Origin: Hydrolagus colliei
Taxonomy: Eukaryota
Length of the DNA: 64,000 bases
Assembly: GCA_035084275.1 (NCBI GenBank)
Contig: CM068764.1
Coordinates: forward strand, 7,812,001 to 7,876,000
Direction: 5' to 3'
Positions 36,543-49,910 of the stretch are shown piece by piece. Position numbers and translations under genes: made by a program. The number at the start of each line of letters is the position of its first letter. Position 1 is the stretch's first letter. The notes under the pieces are model-generated. The model had not been told where the DNA came from. It made no database searches and saw only the letters and a program-made list of their open reading frames with translations.

Positions 36543-36871
36543 TAATAATAATAATAATCCTTGCATTTGATATCGCGCTTTTCACTTATTCTAGACGTTG
36601 CAAAGTGCTTCACAGAATATACTGTAAGTGAATTGACTGTATATTTGTGGGCGAAACGAGGCAGCCAGTTGCGCACAGCAGCGTTCCTCACAAACAGTCG
36701 TGGATTTAAGTGACCAATTTATTAGAGGGTTTTTTTGGAGGGATTATTATTAGGAGTGTGAAGTACGGAAACTTGCCCAAGGTTTCACTCTGACCTGCCT
36801 GGATTCAAACACAGGCTTGTATTTGTAAGGCTTGTAAGGCGAGTGCTCTAACCACTGAGCTATAGGACTCC
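36543..36871 (-). mobile_element. Main tRNA-SINE, full length
   Basis: Family match, with small duplication TTGTAAGGC in the head. Confidence 0.9.
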
Positions 36872-37456
36872 AGATGGACATGTTACAACAACTCTTGTGC
36901 TCACTCACACGGCTGCTTTCACATCCGATGGATGTCTCACAATCTTTGCTACCAAAAGTTTACAGAGAGCGGGCCACTGATGATGGGACAGGGGTACGAA
37001 AGTCACCCAGGGTCAGTGTGGCGAGCCAACACACAGCTCCTCCCCATCCTAGGGTAGAGCAACGCTGAGAGGGAGAGACGAGAATGAGGAAAGGAAGAAA
37101 ACGCTCCCTCAAAAGGGATCTTTAAACTAAACGAGGACAAGGGAATTAAACACTGATGAGATTTGGGTATTCTGCATTGTGCAAGTGACATTCTGCCAGA
37201 TAACATTTCATAATATTTACGCCTTTTATTCTAACTGAAAGTGCTTTGTATTGAAACCAAGCTCTTCACTCTATTGAAGCTATAGCGAGCCTTTGTACAT
37301 GTCTCTTCCCAGGCATGTGGGAATTCCTATTATTAAAAAATCATGTTGGTGCTGTGCTGTAAGTTCTTGGTACAGTGCTGGGAAAAATTCACAGCATAGA
37401 GAACGTTAACTGTATCTCTGAAGATGAATTGTAGGTCTAATGGGATAGCAAACCAT

Positions 37457-37666
37457 TAATAATAATCATCATCATTGCATTTGACATAGCGCTTTTCATG
37501 TCTTCTAGACGTCTCAAAGTGCCTCACAGAATATACTCTAAAGTGAATTGACTGTATTTTTTTTGTATGGGTGAAACGTGGCAGCCAATTGCGCACAGCA
37601 GTGTCCGACAAACAGTGGTGAACTGAAATGACCAATTTTATTATTGTGTTTTTTTTGAGGGATTAC
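37457..37666 (-). mobile_element. Main tRNA-SINE, 3' half
   Basis: Family match. Confidence 0.85.
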
Positions 37667-38284
37667 TCCCTCAGTTTTACTGTCACTCGTTCAAACCCTT
37701 TCGTACATTCTAGGAGCACGAGGTGGCACGGTAGATTTACTGGAATGATGAGATCACAGGGACCGAAATGCCTTCTGCGTTCAAGTCTCTCTTGGTTTGG
37801 GAAGCAGTCACACACATACGTACACATGCACACACGCGCGCGCCGAATGCACGGAGCTGTCACAGAGCTCCAATAGGCATACTCATACACCACATTCAGA
37901 CTTCCATTGTTTGTTGTCCAGTGTAATGAGATGTGAGCAAGGGTAGGTTGGTAGATGTAAGGAAACTAATTAACTTGAACTATGAGTATTGAGCGAAAGG
38001 ACAGCAGCACAAAATTAACAGGCCTCGAGCGAGATGAGAGATTAAAAGAAATTATTTTCCTAGAGTGGCTAATATGTGACCCAAGCTCCCAGCGAAAGTT
38101 GCTAATCCTGCGTTGATTAAATTCTCTTAAAATAGGACCGAATAACTTGAGGTGGGAACGGGATTGAGGATTCTAATTGAAGAAAATGGAACACAATGGT
38201 CTGTGAACCGATGGGATGAAGGGAATGTCACATCCCTAGAAAGGAACCGGTAAATGGAATTGCACATTCAGCCCATCAGCCATA

Positions 38285-38390
38285 TTATTAGAAACAAAAC
38301 CAGAAGTTGTTGGGGAAACTCAGCAGGTCAGGCAGCATCCATGGAGAAAGGAAAAAGAATCAACGTTTCGGGTCTACGACCCTTTGCCAT
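38285..38390 (-). mobile_element. Shark-type Penelope-associated repeat arm
   Basis: AACTCAGCAGGTCAGGCAGCATCCATGGAGAAAG...AACGTTTCGGGTCTACGACCCTT. Confidence 0.6.
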
Positions 38391-39847
38391 ATTATTAGAT
38401 CGTGGTTAGATCCCTTCAGTACATTTTGCTGCTGTTTGTCCGTAGCCCTTAATACATTTGTTTTCAAGTGGCAATCTATCCATCGCCAATCGCTTGGGAC
38501 GCTGGTCGGAGATAACTAACACAAGATGGCAATGTAAGATGACATCCATTTCTGGTGGAGTGTTTTATTACCTTTGGACTGATGGACTCTCGTGAAATTT
38601 GTAAAACATCGGCTGTGCTGGCAGCAGATAATAGCCCCATCAAATAGCCCCCTCTTTGTTTCTTTTGAGCACTTTCCAATGTGCAGTCACTATTGAACTA
38701 TGAGGCAGGAATTTAAATCCAGGTGTTTGTTTGAATCTCAATATCCAATGTAGGATAACGAGAGTGTTGATACTGCTTAAAGGGCAATGGCCATCAGATG
38801 TAACCCAGTTAATCAGAGCAAATTAGTTCACAAAATAATGGGCAATTCAGGGACGTGGGCCAGTGGGGATAGAGTTTAAATAAACTCAAGGATATAGAAA
38901 ACAGCATAAATATAATTTGTTCTATTTCAAAACCGAGAATGAAAGAGGCTGGCTTTGTGTTTTGTTTTGTGTTAGAGCTGGCAGCCAGATTTTCTAGGGA
39001 AACCACCAGCAACATGCACCCAAAAGGAATGAAAAGCTTACAATTGAACTGACTCCAAATATTTGGGAAAATTGCACTCTTTCAATCAGACAACAATAAT
39101 CAAATTGCCTCTTCAGTAGAAAACGCCACCAGCTTGATTTCAATACAATGCTGTCTGCATTCAAGTTGCCACGGTTGCCAATAGACCAAAACATCAATTC
39201 CTCAGAATCCAAGTCCTAAATAAACTTGGTCATAATCAATAATGTGTTTCATTACGTACTATGTCATAGTGTCTGCAGCAGTGAGATCAATACCGCGCTA
39301 CAGACTGTCTCTCATCTCTTGTCCCCCGTGATAGCACAATTTCTATATAAAGGATTATCATTTGATCCTCCAGGGTCACAGATTAGACAGGTGCCTGTTA
39401 ATAATGCGCGAGATTGTGATTTTTGCGCTCGCACCGGCTCGGTTTAAAACAACCGATATGCACGCCCGGCTCCCCCACAAAATGTGACAATCAGTGGACC
39501 CAGCGTTTCAGATTTCAGGCCACGAAGCTGCAAAGCCCAAGGAATCCTAAAGCTATTATGGGGGAAGGTGAGGGAATGACTGAGAGCGCATAATCCATTT
39601 TCATAAAAATACTGGAGAAAAATCAGCAATTGTGGATGTCGGGAGGTGTTTCTGCGCAAACTAGTGTGGGGGAGAATTTCAAAAATGTACACACTGAACA
39701 GCACACAAACGAGGCCATGAGACCCAGCGAGTCTGTGCCTTGTTTACACACCACACAAATCTTCTCCCATTCCTCACCCTCCCCCCCCCACCCACTCCCC
39801 ATCCCGCACCCCCCACACTCTTACATTTCCCCCCTGCCTCTTGAACA

Positions 39848-39970
39848 TGGGAGCGGGCAGGGCAGTGGGATTGAATCGCTCTTTTCAAAGAGCCGGCACA
39901 GACTAGATGGGCCGAATGGCCTCCTTTTGTGCCGTAAAATTCTATGATTCTATGATTCTATGATTCTATG
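39848..39970 (+). mobile_element. CR1 3' end with (ATTCTATG)4 tail
   Basis: GAGCCGGCACAGACTAGATGGGCCGAATGGCCTCC followed by four perfect ATTCTATG units at 39939-39970, the hallmark CR1 tail. Confidence 0.85.
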
Positions 39971-42639
39971 TCTACACTGTCTGATTCAACCATTGTTTCA
40001 GACAGCGAGTTGCACAATCTCATTGCCCTCTACGTGTGGTTCCTCCTAAATTCTCCTTTAGATGCAACACATAATACAATAGAAAATAACATTTGTATAG
40101 TGTTGGGAGGGCATCCCGAGGTGCTGGATAGTCAGGGATTTGGACTCGAGTCGGGGGGTGGGGGAGGGGTGGGGGGATGGCCGAGAGCGTCCAGAATTTG
40201 TCCAAAACCTTAAACACTGCCTTAATTTTAAAGCCTGTTTTCTGTACATTTTGTTTCAAGAGAAGCGACCTCCGAATTGAGCCTAAATGTGTCAGTTTTT
40301 CCAATCTCTGAACACTCTGCAAGGCTACGTCTAGACACAGTTGGGATTTCTCCCACAGGACTCCTCAAAGCTAAAGCAGCATCACCTGAACTTTAATGCG
40401 GAGATAGTTTGGTGATTGAGATGATGAGGTTCTGAGCCATTTAATATTCTTTTCGTTCAGCTGCATTACTGATTATTTGAACAAGTCTAATTAATGCTCA
40501 CTCTGGTGTTCAGGTTCGTTCACTTAAACTGTCCCTGAAGTTGAACTTTGTGCAAATCCATAATTTTCCGAGAAGATCAAAATGGATTCAATAAAGCTGC
40601 CAGCCGGAGGGATGGAAAGTCTTTGTATGGACAGAATTAATTTCACCTCATCTATAACAAGTCACTCTAGCCTCTCTTCGCGTTTCAAATCGTCCGCACA
40701 CCGCTGCCCCTGGGAAGAGCGTCTACTCACGGGTTTAAGAGTCTTGTTATTGAAATCAAACGCTGGATTCCTCCAAATGATCTGCGCTACGAGACCTGGT
40801 TTCTCCGCCACCGAGATAACAAAGTCTATTCCAGCCACACGGCAAAGCTACCGAGATTCCTTTTGCTCCCGAATGTAGCGCGTTTGACTTCGGGTTGTAA
40901 AATCAGGTGATAAGAACATTAGTGACGAGAGCAACATTCTCGCCCATTGGTGGCAATAACACGACGGACAAGATTCCTTACTTAAGCCTGGGTAACGCCG
41001 ATGCCTGCTCGCCGCTGGAGTGATAATCATTTGGAAGTCATTCCATCGGCTACATATTTGACAACAAAAACGCATTCACGGTTTCTGCGCATTACAACAG
41101 ATTTGTGGATCATCAGTGGTTCAGGAACTAAACGTGATCAGGTTTTGCACATCAATCTCAGGGGGATTACCTGCGCTCGGTGGGGAGCCAGCCTCGCTCA
41201 AGACACTAAGCGACGCTCGGTTTTCAGGGTCAGAGCTTCACTTTCGTAAACAACGGGAACAGAAATGAACATCGCAGTCGATCCGACGGAGGTGGTGGGA
41301 TACCATGACACGTGGTGTTCGCAGAGAACCATTCACGCAGCTATGCTCTAACATCACGCTGCGACCGCAGCAAACCTCCAACGAGAGCAAACAGGAGAGT
41401 TTTGTGGATTCGCCCTCGACTGCTGTTTCTTTGCAGCTTTGAAAGTCGGCCGGGGAGTAGGTGGCACACATTTAGCCCGGCGGTAAAACAATCTTTCCTT
41501 TTCTCCTCTCACCAGCGCAAGGTCAGAACTGGCGCAATTTGTCCCAGGTTCTTGTTACGAATAGAGAATTCTGCTGCCTATTGATGCCTTCAGCCACCAC
41601 AGCACACACACACACACACATCTGGTCATATCTCACTGCTTTGAGACGTTATCCTCTGAATAAATCAATCCAAATGGCTGTTGGGAGTCATGTCACTCCT
41701 TGCATACGATATAATGGCCAAAAGATTGAAACATCTCAAAGAGCTTCACAGATAATTGCTGCCTCGTGTAATGACTGCGTGACGGTTTCTGGTGCCGACA
41801 CCACGACTGCGCACTCCATTTTTGCATCAAGACAAGACGCGCCCAACCTGTACCCAGCAAAGCGCTCGATACAAGTAGCATCATTTAAACGGTAGCGACT
41901 GGATAGAGTATGTGAATCTTGGAACACAATCACAAGCGTGTGGCTTCACTGGTGCGCCAAGTTGCGAAGGGGATTTACAGAGCCCAATTACACTCAGCCT
42001 GTCCACCTATCAACGTAGCTCACCCGGACTGGGCAGATTAGATACAACAGGGAGTCGAGCCTGCGCTAGGTCTCTCTCGCTCCTTTGATCACATCAAATG
42101 TAAAGCCCTTTAACGTTCCGCCACCTGCCCGTAATTTGTGGATGTTTCGTCCTTCATGAATGTAAATGCTTTCATTTCGAACGCACGGTTCACATTCCGT
42201 ACACACAGGGCACGGCAAAGAGCAGGCTCTCGAAACCACTAATGCGTCCATAATTTCTGTCGGGGTTTCAGCATTTGCATTCGCAATGATCTTCCTCTTC
42301 TTGGATCAAAGACCCATTCTTCTGCCTAGTTAAATATTTTATTTATTAGCACGGCGGTGTCAACTAAAATGTTAATCTTGCTGAATGTGCCAGCTGCTTT
42401 AGCTCCAGGGCTCAGCTCAGTCGTAGACCCGAACTGCATGTCGCTGTTAACACTTTGTGTCTATAAATGTGAAGAAGGGGACACAGTGGTTTTACATTGC
42501 CTTTCAGTCTCCACGTGGGCAATTCTCACTTTATCTCTGCCCCCGACGATTAACATTCAGAAACACTGGGAAACACAAGCCTGTGCTTGGGGGTCGAATA
42601 CGTCTATTTTGCAGAAAATGCTTCAACACTTGATTGGAG

Positions 42640-43025
42640 AATCCAATGATCTTCTGACTGACTGTCCATCAGACATCAAGATCCTTGTCTTCCTTCGGTT
42701 CAACATGAGAGAAACACATCCTCGTCGGTTCCCCATCAATGTCTCCTCACCTCTGGCTTTGATCACCTCAATCTTCTTGGCTGCTCTCTCCACCTCACTG
42801 CCTACTGCGTGTGCAACCTTGGCGGTTTTTCCCCACCCACGGTTTCTCCACGTCCGTGAGCAAGATCACTCTTCTCCATCTTCAGTGCACTGGCCTCCGT
42901 CCCCAACTCATCAGCGTCTGAACCTTCAAATCGCTGCTCTGGAACTCTCTCCCCAAATGCCTCTATCTTGTCCCCTCCTCTCTTTCCATCCTTAAAACCC
43001 TATAAAAACCCATTTCTTGTTCCTA
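42640..43025 (+). mobile_element. Degraded L2 ORF2 3' remnant
   Basis: Pyrimidine-rich, with CTCTGGAACTCTCTCCCC (LWNSLP) and CTTAAAACC motifs; frameshifted. Confidence 0.55.
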
Positions 43026-43609
43026 GACTATCGCTGGTCTACCTTGTGGCTGAGGTATATGTCCACAGGCTGTATCCTGTTATTTCAGAGAAGAGTGTGT
43101 CTCTGTCAAGTCCCACCATCTCGCATCCTGACTTAAAATTTTTTGCGGTAACAATTTTATCAACGGCAAATTTTCTGCCGGGGGTATTGCTGACACAGCT
43201 TGTGTGCTAAACAATGAAGAGTAATGTGACAGGTCAGGAATTTAATGACACAAATTTATTTTATTGCAGTACAAGTGTCTCTTTTCAGTGTTACTGATGA
43301 TCACTTCATTGACGTAGCTATTAGAAAATTGGGAGTAGATGGTCAGTGATTAATTTCTTGTCCATCTGTATCTGTTGTGGTGGGAATGATCAATTAAAGA
43401 GCTCTTGACATTAATGCACAGTTGGAAAAGCTTTGGCTGAGAGGCACAAAAGTATAACTGCAACACACTATCACTCAGTTGGGTACAGCATCTGGATCGT
43501 TGGTCTCCATTCATGTTTAGGTAGCCTTCAATGCCCCTTAATTTATAGTCGGGGACCAGAACAGAACCGCAGTTGATTTTGCTGCTCTCTGCAGGTTTAC
43601 ACATCTCGG

Positions 43610-43775
43610 CTTGGTGGGACACTGCTGTGCGCAATTGGCTGCTGTGTTTCGCCCACAGGTACACAGTCAATTCACTTTATAGTATATTCTGTGAAGCGCT
43701 TTGAGAGACATCTAGAAGACGTGAAAAGCGCTATAACAAAGGCAAGTGTTATTATTATTATTACTATTATTATTA
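43610..43775 (+). mobile_element. Main tRNA-SINE, 3' fragment
   Basis: Family match. Confidence 0.85.
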
Positions 43776-44549
43776 CACGCTGTGAAACAGAAAACTCCCC
43801 ATTCATTTCCTGTTGTGCTTATGTAGAATGGACGCAAGGCTTCATTCAGTAGGGCGACATCAGAGCATGGCTGTACACGTAGTAAGTGAGCTGAGGCAGC
43901 AGATGGAACAAACAAGAATCTGCTCTTCCTTTGATGTAATGAGGACTGATCAAGCAAATATACTTGCTTTTGCTCTCAGCAAATTCCTCCACCGTGAATA
44001 CACGTGACACACTCAATCATCCACGGGCATTTCTTAAGGTTAATTCAGTTAGAACTGTTTTGCTCTGGAAATTGACAATGCACGTTGCCTCCCCGCAGCC
44101 CATTTCCGAAACAGTAGTCTTTGTGCAACGTTAAGAGAGAGAGCCGCCAGAATCGTGATATCCCATTGCAGAGAACGGAAAGAAGGCAGCCGTCAGCTGT
44201 CGGGAAACAGTTTGGCTTTATCGGAGATGATGTGTGTGTTGATTAACGTTTTCGAAATAGAACTGGATAAGTGTGTGCTTCGGAAGAGCTTTGGAGGATA
44301 TTTTGATAGGCAACCGACTAAAAATGAACAAATACTCCACAGAATGCACTTATTTACACGCTCCAGGGGAACAACAGGTCTGGGCTCCGTGGCTGGAAGA
44401 AATAGGTCTGACCTTTCTCGTTCCATGCTTAAGGTTCTTTGTTTGAATACCTAGTGATCACTAGAGTGGAAGCATTCATTTGATGTACTGTTACTGGAGG
44501 TTTACAACCGTTTGCAAATAGCACCTTGTGAACGTCACTCTACACTCTG

Positions 44550-44765
44550 CAATAATCCCTCCTCCCAACAATCCATGATAAAAAAAATTGGTCATTTCAA
44601 TCCACGACTATTCGTGGGACACCGGCGTGCGCAATTGGCTGCCGCGTTTCGCCCACAAATATGCGGTCACTTCACTTTAGCGTATATTCTGCGAAGCGCT
44701 TTGAGACGTCGATAAGATGTGAAAAGCGCCATATCAAACGCAAGGATTATTATTATTATTATTAC
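44550..44765 (+). mobile_element. Main tRNA-SINE, 3' half
   Basis: Family match. Confidence 0.85.
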
Positions 44766-45945
44766 ATATATCATCATAATGGCAGCCTTGTAGTCATTGT
44801 TAGTGTGTGCGCCCAATGGAAGAAAATGACTCCCAGCACTTTGCATTAAAAAAACGACTGTTAGGCACATTACCGGATCTTAATGGGGGGTAGAAGAAAC
44901 CCTGCGGATTGGAAACGGAAACACAAACGTTGGAGATTCAAACCGCTAACTGGTCACGGTGCTTGCCCTATTTTTCTCCCCCTTTCTCGGGAAATCCCGC
45001 ATTTCTCTTTTCTCATTCTGCACTCCAATCTATTCCATCCCACTTTCTGAAGCCAAGGTCGGGTGAAAAAGTCACAACTGGGTAATGGAAACTTCGGAGA
45101 GCGTATTTGTCAACGATTAGAAGGTGAGTTCGGCCAGGGGGAGGAAAATAAAGCGGGAACCAGCGAAGGGTGAAGGGAAAGAGAGGTTGTTTACGATCGT
45201 CAGGGAGGATCGGGTTGGTGTGCATTTGACTCAGTGGACAAGAAGACATTACACAAGTGCAACTTCAGGACGGATCAATAGAATTATTCAAAAAGTGAAC
45301 CTGATGGGCTATCGAGAAGCAAAAAAAACATTAAGGGATGCCTGGTAAATAGGATTAATAAAGGAAAAAGGACTTTAAAATCAGAGATGGAAACAGAGTA
45401 ACCAACAGACACAAAAAGATAGCCCTATTCTTGGGCTAAACATGTCTAGATCAATATCGGTTTCTACCACTTGCCTTTAGGTTTCTGTGAGGGACGACAT
45501 TCACCTCCTTCCAAAACAAGTAAATGAGTAATGACAAGGTCAGTTAATGCCATCTATTGCAGAGTGGTTTATTAACGTGACCTTTCCGAGGCAGCTTTGA
45601 GAATGGATGCTACAATATTAATGGAGTCTTCAATGCAAATTCGACCTTTTTATTCCATCACCTTATTTATCCAGCAAGGATGAGGCAAGTGTGATCACTG
45701 AGCAATGTTTTCTGATGTGGCTCGTTGTTGTTCTGGGTTGATAAGACATTAGGGCGGTCATTAACATGAGACGCTACGCGTTCGGATTGGAAACGGTACT
45801 TAACATGAAATTCAACTTGTTTCATTGACCAGGTACCCGCTCAAAGACGTGGGATTAATTCCCTTTGGAATACAGTTAACTAATTCCCCTGATTTTGTGG
45901 GTCAGGAGGAGTTAAATACTAAAACGACGCAATGCGTACCATTGA

Positions 45946-46238
45946 TAATAATATAATATTAAGCCTTGCATTTGATGTAGCGCTTTTCACATCTTATAAA
46001 TGTCTCAAAACGCTTCACAGAATATACAGTAAAGTGAATTGACTGTATCTTTGTGGGTGAAACACGGCAGCCAATTGTGCACAGCAGCATCCACACAAAC
46101 AGTCGTCGATTGAAAATGAGCAATTATTATTATTGTGGGTTTTTTGGACGGATTGTTATTAGGCAGGAGTGTGGAGTAAGGAAATTTGCCCAAGGTTTCG
46201 CCCTGACCTGCCTGGATTCGAACACAGGTCTCACGCTT
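45946..46238 (-). mobile_element. Main tRNA-SINE, 5'-truncated within the head
   Basis: Family match. Confidence 0.9.
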
Positions 46239-46239
46239 G

Positions 46240-46545
46240 GAATCATACAGAGTGTTTCAACTTGTACACGACCTGCGATTGAAGTGGGGGTGTAAATTCA
46301 GAACAAATCTACGCAAACACTATTTCATTGAGCGAAGAGTGAACCCGTGGGACAGGCTCTCTAGGGAGACGGTGGAAGGAGGAAGTGTTCATTCTATCAG
46401 ACAGATTAGATTAGTTTTCTATTAGGGAATAAAATTATGGACATAGAGAATAGCTAGTTTGAGAGATTTATGCATTACGAACGCCAGGAAGGTGCAAGGC
46501 GAACTCAATGCACCTTGGTCTTTTTTCGTCCGGCATGTCTTAAGT
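46240..46545 (+). mobile_element. CR1-clade LINE ORF2 C-terminus and 3' UTR remnant
   Basis: HDLRLKWGCKFRTNLRKHYFIERRVNPWDRLSRETVE matches the CR1 GH..KL...F....RK.FF..RVVN.WN.L motif. Confidence 0.8.
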
Positions 46546-47114
46546 TGATAACCAGTCCAGTAACCCCTTCTAAGATTTGACAGTTGTCCAGTTCCCCCAT
46601 CTCCCTGGTGTCAGATCTTTTCCGAGCCCCTTTTCCTTCCTTTATTAGCTCAGTTGTTCCGATTACGTTTTAGCAATAGCTGATTGTGGCATGCGATGCT
46701 TCACTGCGCCCATGCTGCAGCTCTGAAGCCTCTTCCTCCCCCGCAGATATCTAACAGGACATTACTGTCTCCAAATCACCCTCTGGTTCGTTCACCCTTT
46801 TCATAACTAATTCACGTCAACCTTTGCGATTTAGGAGTTAATGTGACACCCCCTCCCCCGGATTCTGCCTTGCGGACAATGCTAGTTCCCTGACATGGCC
46901 CAGCGGAGAGGCAAGTCGTGACCGTCAGCCGAGGAACCGAACTCTCTCCGAGCAGGCTGCCCCAAACCGCTTTCTTATGCTGGTTGTGCATTTTGCCCCT
47001 TTAATTCCATTTAAAATCTACGAGATCCCCTCTGAGTCATCCACCCTCAAGTCTAAGGAGCCCCGAGCTTGTCTTAATTGACACTCAGCTCCGCGGGCAA
47101 GAGATCACCGTTAA

Positions 47115-48400
47115 TATTTCGCCACGAATATATAGTCAAGTCGCCTTACGGTATATTCTGCGCGGCGCTTTCGCACGTCGATAAGATGTGAAAAGCGCTG
47201 TGTCAAATGCAAGGATTATTATTATTATTTTAATTTCTTTTTTTAAATTAACTTTGTTTCCGAAACAGGGTATGGTTGGCAACTTTGTGAGTGAATTACA
47301 TCAACCCCCCCCTCCCCAAAAACACACCAACTCTCCAAGACCACTGTTACTCACCGTTGCCTCTATTGATAGTTTTCCTTCAGCATGCAGAGTGAGGCAT
47401 CCCTCAGGCACATAGCAGAGTGGGTTTAATACTTGCAATCGAACGCAATTGATTCGCTTTGGGGAGAATGAAAACAAAAAGGTTTATTTCGTGCATGCTC
47501 CAACGCGGGGAGATAAAAATGGCTTACCCATCAATACAACCCCTCCATCGGCAGCTAGTGTTATAATAATAATGATAAACCTTGCATTTGATATAGCGCT
47601 TTTCATGTCTTCTCGACGTTTCAAAGCTCCACAGAATATACTGTAAAGTGAATTGACTGTATATTTGTGTTCAGAAATGAAGGAAGACAATATAACCCAT
47701 GCTATCAAAAAGGGTACAGATCTTTGAAAAATGATGGTTTGGGGTTGTTTAAAAACCTATGATTATTATTTTTAAAAATTTTACACAGCCCAAAGCACTA
47801 CAAATGTTTTATTAAAAATGTATTCTTCCAGCTGGACTGAATTGCTTTCCTCACAACAACACTGTGATGTTGAATGCCCGCAAATTACAGTACACAGTCA
47901 ATCAATCCACTTTACAGCGTATTCCGTGAACCACTTTGAGTCGTCTGGACAGTGCGTATCAAAATGCGAGAATTGTTATTATTATTAGCCCAGGAATATG
48001 ATGTGCGTTCCTCGGAGTTAAGAAAAGTAATCCTTGCATTGTAAGGATATTCCTGTGAAGTGCAGTGACGTTTGGGATTTTGAGGGCAAAACACGGCAGC
48101 TAATTTTTAAACAGTCCATTTAAAAACAAGCACGCACGCATGCATGCATGCACACACACGCATGCATGCGCGCGCACCTAATAATAAACTGTCCAAAAAA
48201 AACACAATCATAAAAATTGGTCATTTCAATCTACAACTGTTTGTGGGACACTGCCTTGCGCAATTGGCTGCTGCGTTTCACACACTAATACAGTCAATTC
48301 ACTTTACAGTATATTCTGCAAAGCACTTTGAGACGTCTAGAAGACGTGAAAAGCACTATATCAAATGGAAGGATTATTATTATTAGTAGTATTATTATGC
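47115..48400. mobile_element. Cluster of SINE 3' fragments in both orientations
   Basis: Tails at about 47115-47230 (+), 47565-47670 (-), 47885-47990 (+) and a 3' half at 48175-48400 (+). Confidence 0.8.
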
Positions 48401-49578
48401 CTTTCACAGAGCCAGGGCAGCCTCAAGAGATGAATTGCCTTGTTCAGTGCAGCAGAATTCCCGAGAAACTATCCCGCAATGGAACACAAATAAGTTGGGA
48501 TGATGGAATGTATAATTGCGTTAAATGATACACAAGATTGCACCTGAATTCGCACTAGCAGCCGCCAATGAGGATCAGGGAGGCACTTGCCCGATACTAT
48601 TTTTCTCTCGGAAAGTTTTCCTTAGGGGACGTCATCTCCTGCAAAGGGTTAAAACCGAGCGCATTCTGTGGCACTGCAAATGGTACCAGTCTACTGGAAG
48701 GAATGGGCCCAAGGGAAATACATGGCCTTTCGTCACTCAACGTTTTTCCATTAAATAATGCAAACACATTTCGAGTTATAAGTCAAGTTGATTTTACTTC
48801 AGTCGCGTAAAGCTTCACTGCAGTTCTGGTTTTATCTGGGGTTTGGGACTGAGGTTGGACCCTCTGATCAGAGACGGATTGCGACAAGGTCCAGCTCGTG
48901 ATTTTAGGACCAGGGACGAGGCATTTCAAACAAGTCGATGGTGATACAAAAATGCACCTCAACTAATAATTTCTGATGCACAGCCCAGCACCATCTGGCA
49001 AGCGTAAAAAAAACTACAAGGAAGATTAGAGCTTAAAGGATGCTGAAGTGATTTGTCTGTGATGGATCTCCAGTCCGCAACATAAAATCATCAAGTATTT
49101 TACTTCCTGGCGAGCTGATGGTTCAAATGCCATCAGCAACTCTGACGGAGCTGTTTGGTTCAATATAGAACATGCCGCCACCAACCCCCCCACCACCCCC
49201 CACCTCCAAAACCCTTCTAAAATCTCCTGACTGTGCCTTCACTCACTCACCTCCCTCTTACTTCCCACCTTGCTCAACATTTCGTGCCATGCCTATAAGG
49301 TATAAGGTACTCTCACTCGTCCTCGCGCATCCAGGGCATTGTCAGAGGCCAAGTCTTTGCAGTTGTGGTGAATGCAGCTCATTCGCATTTGACGCATTAC
49401 CATGCCGATGAATTTAACCATTAATTTACCAATTAAAGAAGAGCTCCAGGAGTTTGGGCGCTCAACTGCACCGTTCGGTTCGATCTTGAAACATTACGTC
49501 CTCTCGTAAGATTATGTTATGACGGGAGTGTAAGCTGTTGTAACGTGATTCAGGAATACTTCTTTGGGTGAGACATTG

Positions 49579-49910
49579 GGAGTCCTGTGGCTCAGCGGTT
49601 AGAGCACTCGCTTTACAAGCGTGAGACCTGTGTCCGAATCCAGGCCGTTTCAGGGCGAAACCTTGGGCAAGTTTTCTTACTCCACGCTCACGCCTAATAA
49701 TAATCCCTCCCCAAAAAACTACAATAATAAAATTAGTCATTTCAATTCACGACTGTTTGTGGGGGACGCTGCTGTGCGCAATTGGCTGCCGTATTTCACC
49801 CACAAGGTTTCAGTCAGTTCACTTTACAGTATATTCCGTGAAGTGCGTTGAGACGTCTGGAAGACGTGAAAAGCGCTGTATCAAACGCAAGGATTATTAT
49901 TATTGTTATT
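49579..49910 (+). mobile_element. Main tRNA-SINE, full length
   Basis: Family match. Confidence 0.92.

Noticed and set aside
40091-40110. Additional RE1-like words here and at about 8180
   Set aside because: Left half only, no right half-site, isolated.
42357-42995. Longest ORF (212 aa)
   Set aside because: GTG start, no recognisable domain, overlaps a degraded L2 remnant.
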